DNA of 64,000 bases from Scyliorhinus canicula (Eukaryota): contig NW_024055815.1 in NCBI RefSeq assembly GCF_902713615.1, positions 186,001-250,000 of the forward strand, read 5' to 3'. Below are positions 37,088-47,448 of the stretch, one piece after another; position 1 is the stretch's first letter; every line of letters begins with the position of its first letter. The translations under genes were made by a program, and so were the position numbers. The notes under the pieces are model-generated. The model saw nothing but the letters and a program-made list of their open reading frames with translations. It searched no databases and had not been told where the DNA came from.

Positions 37088-38991
37088 CACCTATTGCTAG
37101 CCGTCTATCGAGGCCCAATACAGCACTCCACCACCCCCACCACCCCACCCACAATCGTCTGAATCTCCAATTCCAGTTCTCCAGCTTTGACAAAGAGTCC
37201 ACTTGACTGGAAACGACAGCTGCCATTTCGCTGCCCAGAGGCTGTCAGACCTGCCGAGATTATCCAGTATTTTCTGTTTTTGTTTCCGTTTGAAGCATCC
37301 GCAGTAAGTTGCATTTGTCATACATTTAGACATGTTTGAGATGGTGATTAAATATGTTCATTTGTAAATCGCTGAAATTCTGTTGTGGATGAACTAGCTG
37401 CTAATATCCGAGCTGTGCCAAGATAAGAAAATTCTTCACCTCTCATTGCCTGCCGAAAATTCAGTGCTTGGGCCTTAATGTTCAATTCAGTTTAGTGGCT
37501 CATGTGAGACGAAATCTCATAGTCCTGGAACACACGAGGTTCCGGCAACATTCAGGAAACAGAATTATTTTGTGCCCAATAATTGTGCAAACTTTTCTCA
37601 CACGAAATGCTAAATGTTGGATGTTATTGTCCGGTTTTGAACCGGGGACTTTTCGCGTGTGAGGCGAATGTGATAACCACTACAGAAACCGCTGGCAATT
37701 AATGGACGTGCGGAATGTACAACCTCACTGTGTTGCTGCAGATTCTGATGGTCTGTTTGAGAGGCCAGGTCCCTTGTTGCAAGCGACTGCTGTTTCTGAA
37801 ATTAACAGATGTCTCAACATATAAAGCCGTGAGATGTAGAAATTATATCGAAATTAACATAAGTTATATTTTGCTTAATGTCGGTCTTAAATTTGTGCTC
37901 TTTGGTCTCGAGGTCTAGTTCTCGTTGAGGGATTTTCAATCAATGCCTATGGGAGTGGTCGTGGGTTTAAATCCAACACAGGCTCTTTACTCCAGGTCAG
38001 AGATTATGAATTGTTTGCGATGCTGACGGCGGGGTTGATTTACATTGGCCCTCTCAGAAAAAGATTTCTCAGGACTCGGAATGTTTACGTCGTTTCTCTC
38101 CCCATAGATGATGCTCGAGAGAGAGAGAGAGAGAGAGACAGTGTCTGAGCTGGAGTGTGTTTGGATAAAATTGATGCTCCAGATCTGTGTTAACCACAGG
38201 GACGTGACCCATCTAATCCACAGCCAAAGTGGAGAATTAAACTGACTGGAGAGCTGGGTCTTAACGCTGACCTCCCGGACCTCGGCGTCGTTGAATGTTC
38301 CAAAGAAGCTCAACAGACACTCGAGGAACAGCAGCGCATCTTTCCACTGGGCTCAATACAGCTTTCACACTCAGAGTGTGTTCAGCAGTTTCACACTGTA
38401 AATGCTGCACCCATTTTGTGTGTCCTTACATCGCAGATTTGGGTTTCAATCTTGTTTCCACTTGTTCTTTGTGTCCCTGCGGTAGTTGTTCATCAATCTG
38501 CCATCGATAGCTCCTCCAGACATACCTTTTGTTTCTTTGTTTCTTCCATTCCGCTAACAGAGAGCTGGCACAGACCCGGCGGACGGAATGGCCTCATACT
38601 GTGGTGTCATTATTCTCTGGTTTGATGCTAACCTAACTCTGTGGCCAGGTCCCAAGGCCTCTTCTCGTTTAATCTCTCCTGACTTGCCCCCTATTAGAGC
38701 CCTTTCCTGTTGTTCTGTTTCCTCCCTCTGAGAGTTCAATTGGTTAAGACGTACTACATTTCTAACCTGTCCCGGTTTTAATGAAAGGTGACGGTGAAAG
38801 ACGAACATTGTTGTCCTGTCGACAAATGTCGCCTGACTATCTGAGATGGTGCAGTACTTTTGGCGTTCTCCGCAGATGTTAGATTGATTTTCGATGGCAA
38901 TGACAGTATGCTTTGGCTCTTTTCGCGGGACGCGTTGGTCTAGGGGTATGATTCTTGCTTTGGGTGTCTCGCTGTCGGAATTTGCGAGAGG
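37088..38991. repeat. Copy of the tRNA-array unit (duplicate of about 44846-46752)
   Basis: Colinear near-identity from cccacctattgctagcc to the tRNA-Pro. Confidence 0.85.
37622..37689 (-). pseudogene. tRNA-Val(CAC) pseudogene
   Basis: 5-nt deletion in the 5' and D region plus substitutions. Confidence 0.8.
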
Positions 38992-38992
38992 T
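38929..38992 (+). pseudogene. Truncated intron-containing tRNA-Pro(TGG)
   Basis: Same 18-nt insert as the 46690 copy; T arm and 3' acceptor missing. Confidence 0.75.
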
Positions 38993-39269
38993 TCAGCAGG
39001 CCGTATCCTTCAATGGTGCGGCGATCCCAATACTGCAGCCGGCTCACGGTACTTGTTATCACAACATTATCACATCTTGCTTTATTGCAGCAGAGAAATG
39101 CATTCCTCTGATTGCCAGTGACACGCCAGTGAAAGACAAGGCCAGTAAAATTGGGCAGCCAATACCTGGACATAAATATGTACGTAGAAATCCTGGAAGT
39201 TTGTCACTCGCGGAATTATTATAGTGCCAGGAATGTTAAAGCACTCAGAATCACAGATGCACAGAACCA

Positions 39270-40150
39270 AGCAATTCAGATGAGGCCTTCCGGTCAATCG
39301 AGTCTGCACCAACATGTGAAAAATACAGGACTAACTACAGGACCTCATTTGTCAGCACGTGTTCCATAGCCTTGAATGTGAAGACGTGGAATGTGTTCAG
39401 CCAGGTACTATTTAATGGATGTGAAGCACACTGCCTCTCCCACCCTCCCACGTAGGTTACTCCAGACAGTCACCATCCTCTGAATAAATAAGATTTCCCT
39501 CAAATCCCCATAACCTCCTGCCCCTCACCTTGAACTTGTGTCCCCCCGTAACTGATCCTTCAACTAAGGGGAACTGCTCTCTATCCACCCTGCCATGCCC
39601 CTCATAATCCTGTACACCCAAAACTATGCAACGTCTCTTCATAACATAAATGGCGAAGTATGTCCCTGATCTGCGTGGGAATCGAACAGAAGACATGTCG
39701 TGTCAACAGAAATTTCAGGTATTTTCGATCGAAAAATTGATTTCTATTAAAGTCTAAACCTGGCACCATGTGCTTCCCATGTCCCAACTGATAGTAATTC
39801 TCATGTTGCTCGGTGGTTATTATACATTAAGCGTACATTGTCGTAATAATAATCTTCACTAGTGTCATAAGTAGGCTTACATTCACACTGCAATGAAGTT
39901 ACTGTGAAAATTCCCGAGTCACCACACTCCGGCCCCTGTTCAGGTACACAGAGGGAGAATTCAGAATGTCCAATTCACCTAACAGCACGTCTTTTCGGGA
40001 CTTGAGTGAGGAAACCGGAGCACCCGGATGAAACCCACGTAGACACGGGGAGGACGTGCAGACTCCGCACAGATAGAGAACCAAGCCGGGAATCGAACGC
40101 GGGTCCTATGAGCATGAGGCAGCAGAGCAACCCACTGAGCCACAGTGCCG
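39270..40150 (-). mobile_element. CR1 3' fragment (about 39270-39620) and HE1-like SINE (about 39880-40150)
   Basis: Reverse CR1 tail motifs and SINE core. Confidence 0.65.
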
Positions 40151-40609
40151 CCCATTAAGTACCTTGTACATTTTGTACCGCAGCACGTATTGATCCATTC
40201 TGCTTTGCGTTAAAAGAACAGGTAACGAGGAGTCTTAGTCCTTGGACTTTCTGCAAGAGCAGGCCATGATTTTCGTCCATCTCCTCAGTTGAGTGCCACC
40301 CTCTGCCGGTAGGTAGATATTCTGGTTTTAAAGTTACAATACAATTTGCGGTATGATAGACCATAATAAGACCATAAGACTATTAGACATAGGAGCAGAA
40401 TTAGGTCACTTGGCCCATCGAGTCCGCTCTGCCATTCAATCATGGCTGATATTTTCAACCATAGCTCTCAAGATTTCCCAAACTATTCCTCTCTTGATCT
40501 ACACAAGGACAGAGACATGTCTGGTAAATAGACATGATCGCTTGCCTGAGCTTGGGATCAATTCCTTCTCGGAAAGGAGCTCAACAGATATTTCAGTACA
40601 TGGAAGAAG

Positions 40610-42415
40610 AGGGAATTAAACAAAATTCAACAAAATACAAGAAAATACATGGGACTACGTAATAGGGCAACACAAGATATACAATGTAACTACATATGCA
40701 TTGGCATCGGTTGAAGCACACAGGGTGTAGTGTTAATGAGGTCAGTCAATAAGAGAGTCATTTAGGAGTCTGGTGACAGTCGGGAAGAAGCTGTTTTTGA
40801 GTCTGTTCGTGCGTGTTCTCAAACTTCTGTATCTCCTGCCCGATGGAAGAAGTTGGAAAAGTGAGTAAGGCGGGTGGGAGGGATCCTTGATTATGCTGCC
40901 CTCTTTCCCCCGCAGCGGGAGGTGTAGATGGAGTCCATGGATGGGAGGCAGGTTCGTGTGATGGACTGGGCGATATTCACAACTCTCTGAAGTTCCTTGC
41001 GGTCCTGGGCCGAGCAGTTGCCATACCAGGCTGTGATGCAGCCCGATAGGATGCTTTCTGTAGTGCACGTGTAAAAGTTGGTAAGGGTTAATGTGGACAT
41101 GCCGAATTTCCTTAGTTTCCTGAGGAAGTGTAGGCGCTGTTGTGCTTTCTTGGTGATAGCGTCGACGTGAGTGGACCAGGACAGAGTTTTGGTGATGTGC
41201 ACCCCTAGGAATTTGAAACTGCTAACCATCTCCACCTCGTCCACGTTGATGCTGACAGGGGTGTGTACAGTACTTTGCTTCCTGAAGTCGATGACCAGCT
41301 CTTTAGTTTTGCTGGCATTGAGGGAGAGATTGTTGTCGTTACACCACTCCACTAGGTTCTCTATCTCCCTCCTGTATTCGGACTCGTCGTTATTCAAGAT
41401 CCGGCCCACTCTGGTCGTATAGTCAGCCAACTTGTAGATGGAGTTGGAACCAAGTTTTGCCACGCAGTCGTATGTGTACAGGGAGTAGAGTAGGGGGCTA
41501 AGTACCCAGCCTTGCGGGGCACCGGTATTGAGGACTATTGTGGAGGAGGTGTTGGTGTTCATTCTTACTGATTGTGGTCTGTTGGTCAGAAAGTCAAGGA
41601 TCCAGTTGCAGAGTGGAGAGCCAAGTCCTAGGTTTTGGAGCTTTGATATGAGCTTGGCTGGGATTATGGTGTTGAAGTCGGAGCTGTAGTCAATAAATAA
41701 ATGAATGAAAAATGAAAATCCCTTATTGTCACGAGTAGGCTTCAATGAAGTTACTGTGAAAAGCCCCGAGTCACCACATTCCGGCACCTGGTACAGGAAT
41801 CGAACCGTGCTGTTGGCCTGCTTGGTCTGCTTTAAAAGCCAGCGATTTAGCCTGGTGAGCTTCACCAGCCCTTGGAGTCTGATGTAGGAGTCCTTGTTTT
41901 CGAGATGCTCTAGAGATGAGTGTAGGGCCAGGGAAATGGCGTCTGATGTGGACCGGTTGCGACGGTATGCGAATTGAAGTGGGTCAAGGCGTTCTAGGAG
42001 TATGGAGGTGATGCGCTTCATGATCAGCCTCTCGAAGCACTTCATTACAACTGACGTCAGGGCCGCCGGAGGGTAGTCATTGAGGCATGTTGCCTCGTTC
42101 TTCTTTGGTATCGGTATGATGGTGGTCTTCTTGAAGCAGGTGGGGACCTCGGTGTGGAGTAGGGATAGGTTAAAGATGTCTGTGAATACCTCTGCCAGCT
42201 GGTATGCGCAGGCTCTGAGTGCATGACCAGGGATCCCGTCCGGGCCCGTCGCCTTCCGTGGGTTCACTTTCAGGAAGGCCGATCTGACTTCGGAAACTTG
42301 ATGGTGGGTATGGGTGAATTAAGAGCTGCTGGGACACTCGACAGCGGATTGTTTGTTACCTGCTCAAACCGAGCATAGAATGCATTAAATTCGTCGGGAA
42401 GGGATGCGCTGCTGC
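40610..42415 (-). mobile_element. Rex1/Babar-type LINE, 5'-truncated
   Basis: ORF 40891-42267: [52 protein letters not shown]. Confidence 0.9.
41700..41873 (-). mobile_element. Short SINE inserted in the Rex1 RT
   Basis: 174-nt insert splitting the SYIRL/LFIDYSS motif. Confidence 0.9.
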
Positions 42416-42423
42416 CAGAGATA

Positions 42424-42595
42424 CAGTAAGAAGTCTTACAACACCAGGTTAAAGTCCAACAGGTTTGTTTCAAACACGAGCTTTCGGAGCGCAGCTCCTT
42501 CCTCAGGTGAATCACAAAACAGAACCATTTAACCTGGTGTTGTAAGACTTCTTACTGTGCTCACCGCAGTCCAACGCCGGCATCTCTACATCATG
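42424..42595. mobile_element. Inverted pair of Penelope terminal repeats
   Basis: 30-bp perfect inverted repeat 42424-42453 / 42528-42557 enclosing a hammerhead-like motif. Confidence 0.8.
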
Positions 42596-43014
42596 GCCAG
42601 AGATACTGCTCGACCCGGTCCGGTTATGTAGATCTTTGGGCTTTTTTTCTGAGGGATTCTTCTCCACAGACCGCTGAGATAGGCCCATTGAAGATTTTAA
42701 GACAGATGTGGTTGGATTCTCAACTGAAAAGGTAATCAAAGGTTATCCGGGTCGGTGAAATGTGAATCTGAGGTCATGGTCGCATCTGTCACGAACTTAT
42801 TGAATGTTGGAGAAGGCTCAAGGGGATGAATAGCCAACTCCTGCTCAACATTCGTCTGTTGGCAGGTCCGTGAGGAGGTGTCACAATCTCCTGAGTTATC
42901 GAGGGAGACACAGCATCGTTGAGCTATTCCCCAGCTCGGCGCCATGAAGGATATTACAGCGATAGAGGCAACTCCATGCCGCAGCCGGTGCACGGTACGT
43001 GTTATCAGAACAGG

Positions 43015-43183
43015 AAAATCGCTTATTGTCACGAGTCCGCTTCAAATGAAATTACTCTGAAAATCCCCTAGTCGTCACATTCCGGCGCCTGTTCGGGGAA
43101 GCTGTTACGGGAATCGAACCGTGCTGCTGGCCTGCTTGGTCTGCTTTCAAAGCCAGCGAGTTAGCCCTGTCCTAAACAGCCCC
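43015..43183 (-). mobile_element. Short SINE
   Basis: Same family as 19711. Confidence 0.8.
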
Positions 43184-43217
43184 TAAAAACATATCATCCA
43201 GGAGTGGAACAACAATT

Positions 43218-43234
43218 CGTCTCTGGGTGGGATC

Positions 43235-43291
<57 letters not shown>
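43218..43291 (-). tRNA. trnN-GTT: tRNA-Asn(GTT)
   Basis: GTCTCCGTGGCGCAATCGGTTAGCGCGTTCGGCTGTTAACCGAAAGGTTGGTGGTTCGATCCCACCCAGAGACG, 74 nt, one acceptor-stem mismatch; T5 terminator at 43185-43189. Confidence 0.9.
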
Positions 43292-43929
43292 GACAACAGG
43301 ATCACAACTCTGTGCATTTCAACAGTGACGGCCAATCCTCTGATTGCCAGGGTCCGAATGAGAATGCTGGTAATATTGGTCCCCTGAGGCAGTGCGGAAA
43401 ATATCTGGAAGGAGCGTACACATGGTCCCGCGGGCATGGACATTTGTGAGACGTGGAATCATCACAGGCCCGTGGATTTTACAGAACTCACTTGGACAGC
43501 ACCACACTTTCTTTGAAACACGTCCCTTATCTGGGAACCTCCATAACAGAAAGCAGGAAGTGTCAACATAGATTTGATGTATTTTCGATCAGAAAGTCGA
43601 TGTTCCGCTGAAGACTACTAGGGGCTCAGACTCATTGGCATAAGGTCGACCTAAGTTAACGGTCCTGGAAGATTTTATTATCCCCACATCTGAGAACTTT
43701 CATTACTGCTGCTCGGAAGTGGATATTCCAAGCTTAAATTTACTGTGCATCGCGACATGCTGATTAATCTCGCGAATCCGAAACGGCTCCTCTATTGACC
43801 AATACAAGGACAGAGACGGCAATGCAATTGTGGAGAAATAGACCTGAGTATTTTCCTGAATCCTGATCAAACCATCCTCCAGTACAAGGGCAGGAACGCA
43901 AATTTACTGGAATTGAAAATATTCTCTGA

Positions 43930-44210
43930 GGCTTTCGTACGTGGTTGTAGCTGGTTTGTGACACTGTGCTCATTGCACAGTAATAGACCGCCCCGTCCTC
44001 CACACTGAGCGCGTTTATATTGAGGTAACCATTCTTTTTAGACTTGTTGGCAGCCGCCAGATATCGTCCTGAGATCGCCTCTTTCTTCATCGTCAATATG
44101 TTAATGATGACCATTCTCGGCGGCTGTGCCGGTTTTTGCTGATACCATGGCATGTGGTACATGGTCCGGTCTGTATATTGGCAATCTACCTGCACTGAAC
44201 CCCCTTCTGA
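43930..44210 (-). pseudogene. TCR V segment 7, 5'-truncated (V6 family)
   Basis: Open frame EGGSVQVDCQY..WYQQ..EDGAVYYCAMS; RSS CACAGTG-23-ACGAAAGCC at 43930-43968; no leader. Confidence 0.88.
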
Positions 44211-44382
44211 TTTCTAACCTGTCCCGGTTTTAATGAAAGGTGACGGTGAAAGACGAATTTTGTTGTCATGCCGACAAATGCCGCCTGACTACCTGAGATG
44301 TTGCAGTACTTTTGGCGTTCTCCGCATTTGTTAGATTGATTTTCGATGGCAATGACAGTATACTTTAGTTTTTTTTTAGCGC

Positions 44383-44472
44383 GGCTCGTTGGTCTAGGGG
44401 TATGAATGTCGCTTTGGGTGTGTTGCTGTCGGAATTTGCGAGAGGCCCCGGGTTCAAATCCCAGATGAGCCC
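44383..44472 (+). pseudogene. Intron-containing tRNA-Pro(TGG), probably defective
   Basis: 90 nt = 72 + 18-nt intron; mismatches in D, anticodon (G27:G43) and T stems. Confidence 0.75.
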
Positions 44473-45388
44473 TTCGATGAGGTTTTCCGTTGGTCAAATT
44501 GATTAATTCTGGTGGACTCAGACAGCTCTCTGTCCCTTTCTTTTTATCAGTTCAACAACTTCAGACTGTAAACTCTCACTTCCCCTCCACCACCTGTTTA
44601 TTTCCTTCAACTTATCATCCCTTCCGTTGATATGTTTTACCCTCAGCATTGCCCACCTCCCCCGCAGCCCATACCATCCTACTTCAGCAATCTGATCCCT
44701 GTTTGTAATTGTTCTCTGACACACTGCTTACCTTTGTTCTGCCATTAACACATTCTGACCGCTTGATGCGCCATCAGCACCTTTCATAGCCTTGATTAGC
44801 CTCATTTACATTCCCTTTTTCTTTCTGTCCGACATTTTCGTCATTTCCCACCTATTGCTAGCCCTCTATCGAGGCCCAATACAGCACTCCACCACCCCCA
44901 CCCCCAACACCCACCCACAATCGTCTGAATCTCCAATTCCAGTTCTCCAGCTTTGACAAAGAGTCCACTTGACTGGAAACGACAGCTGCCATTTCGCTCC
45001 CCAGAGGCTGTCAGACCTGCTGAGATTGTCCAGTATTTTCTGTTTTTGTTTCCGTTTGAAGCATCCGCAGTAAGTTGCATTTGTCACACATTTAGACATG
45101 TTTGAGATGGTGATTAAATATGTTCATTTGGCAATCGCTGAAACTCTGTTGTGGATGAACTAGCTGCTAATATCCGAGCTGTGCCAAGATATGAAAATTC
45201 TTCACCTCTCATTGCCTGCCGAAAATTCATTCCTTCGGCCTTAATGTTCAAATTCAGTGCAGTGGCTCATGTGAGACGAAATTTCATCGTCCTGGAACAC
45301 ACGAGATTCCGGCAACATTCAGGAAACAGAATTATTTTGTGCCCAATAATTGTACAAACTTTTCACACACGAAATGCTAAATGTTCGA

Positions 45389-45461
45389 TGTTTCTGCCCG
45401 GTTTCGAATCGGGGATCTTTCGCGTGTGAGGCAAATGTGATAACCTCTACACTACAGAAAC
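45389..45461 (-). tRNA. trnV-CAC: tRNA-Val(CAC), full length, possibly pseudogene
   Basis: 73 nt; G53A mismatch in the T stem plus a few other substitutions. Confidence 0.6.
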
Positions 45462-46689
45462 CGCTGGCAATCAATCGACGTGCGGAATGTGCAACCTCAC
45501 TGTGTTGCTGCAGATTCTGATGGTCTGTTTGAAAGGTCAGGTCCCTTGGTGCAAGCGACAGCTGTGTCTGAAATTAACAGATGTCTCAACATATAAAGCC
45601 GTGAGATGTAGAAATTATATCAAATTAACATAAGTTATATTTTGCTGAATGTCGGTCTTAAATTTGTGCTCTTTGGTCTCGAGGTCTGGTTCTCGTTCAA
45701 GGCTTTTCAATCAATGCCTATGGGAGTGGTCGTGGGTTTAAATCCAGGACAGGCTCGTTACTCCAGGTCAGAGATTACGAATTGTTTGCGATGCTGACGG
45801 CAGGGTTGATTTGCATTGGCCCACTCTGAAAAGATTTCTCAGGACTCGGAATGTTTACGTCGTTTCTCTCCCCACAGATGATGCTCGAGAGAGAGAGACA
45901 GTGTCTGAGCCGGAGTGCGTTTGGATCAAATTGATGCTCCAGATCTGTGTTAACCACAGGGACGTGACCCATCTAATCCACAGCCAAAGTGGAGAATTGA
46001 ACTGACTGGGGAGCTGGATCTTAACGCTGACCTTCCGGACCTCGGCGTCGTGAATGTTTCCAAAGAAGCTCAACAGACACTCGAGGAGCAGCAGCGCATC
46101 TTTCCACTGGCCTCAATACAGCTTTCACACTCAGTGTGTGTTCAGCAGTTTCACACTGTAAATGCGGCACCCATTTTGTGTGTCCTTCCATCGCAGATTT
46201 GGGTTTCAATCTTGTTTCCACTTGTTCTGTGTGCCCGGGCGGTAGTTGTTGATCAATCTGCCATCGATAGCTCCTCCAGACATATCTTTTGTTTCTTTGT
46301 TTCTTCCATTCCGCTAACAGAGAGCTGGCACAGACACGACGGCCGGAATGGCCTCATACTGTGGTGTCATTATTCTCTGATTTTATGCTAACCTAACTCT
46401 GTGGCCAGGGTCCCAAGGCCTCTTCTCATTTAATGTCTCCTGACTTGCCCCCTATTAGATCCCTTTCCTGTTGTTCTGTTTCCTCCCTCCGGTAATTCAC
46501 TTGGTTAAGACGTACTACATTTCTAACCTGTCCCGGTTTTAATGAAAGGTGATGGTGAAAGAATAACTTTGTTGTCCTGTCGACAAATGCCGCCTGACTA
46601 CCTGAGATGTTGCAGTACTTTTGGCGTTCTCCGCAGATGTTAGATTGATTTTCGATGGCAATGACAGTATGCTTTGGCTCTTTTCGCGG

Positions 46690-46779
46690 GGCTCGTTGGT
46701 CTAGGGGTATGATTCTCGCTTCGGGTGTGTCGCTGTCGGAATTTGCGAGAGGTCCCGGGTTCAAATCCTGGACGAGCCC
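46690..46779 (+). tRNA. trnP-CGG: tRNA-Pro(CGG) with 18-nt intron (46726-46743)
   Basis: Removing the insert after G37 gives the canonical vertebrate tRNA-Pro(CGG) with one G-T wobble; T5 terminator at 46789-46793. Confidence 0.88.
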
Positions 46780-47448
46780 TTCGATGTGTTTTTCCGTTGG
46801 TCAAGCCGCATGTTTTCTTCATTTCTTTGCGGCGGAGACGGCGGGATTCATTCACATTGGGTTTGCTTTGAGAAGCTGAGCTCGAACTGCATGGAACCAA
46901 TACGTTCCCGAGAAGCTTGTCTATGTGTGGGCATTCACATTTCTATTGACTAATTCTGGTGGACTCAGACAGCTCTTTGTCCCTTTCATTTTATCAGTTC
47001 AACAACTTCAGACTGTGAACTCTCACTTCCCCCTCCACCACATGTTTTCTCCATCAACTTATCATCCCTTCCATTGATATGTTTTACCCACAGCATTGCC
47101 CACCTCTCCCCAGCACATACCATCCTACTTGATCAATCTGATCCCTGTTTGTAATTGTTCTCTGACACACTGCTTACCTTTGTTCTGCCATTAACACATG
47201 CTGACTGCTTTATGCGCCATCAGCACCTTTCATAGCCTTGATTAGCCTAATTTACATTCCCTTTTTCTTTCTGTCCGAGACTTTTTCGTCATTTCCCACC
47301 TATTGCTAACCCTCTATCGAGGCCCAATACAGCACTCCACCACCCCCCCCCCCCCACCCACAATCGTCTGAATCTCCAGTTCCAATTCTCCAGCTTTGAC
47401 AAAGAGTCCACTTGACTGGAAACGACAGCTGCCATTTCGCTCCGCAGA

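Larger units (their letters stand above)
44211..47448. repeat. Tandem tRNA-array units, period about 2.3 kb
   Basis: tRNA-Pro at 44383 and 46690 (2307 bp apart); 44211-45000 repeats at about 46520-47445. Confidence 0.85.

Noticed and set aside
39660-39710. tRNA-like B box (gttcgattcc on the minus strand)
   Set aside because: No cloverleaf or A box can be formed; too degenerate to call.
28035-44210. IgH-type, TAIL or NAR-TCR V segments known from shark TCR loci
   Set aside because: All seven have TRAV/TRDV-like frameworks and single 23-type RSSs; no WVRQ/IgH-like V, supporting-V or D segments were recognised.
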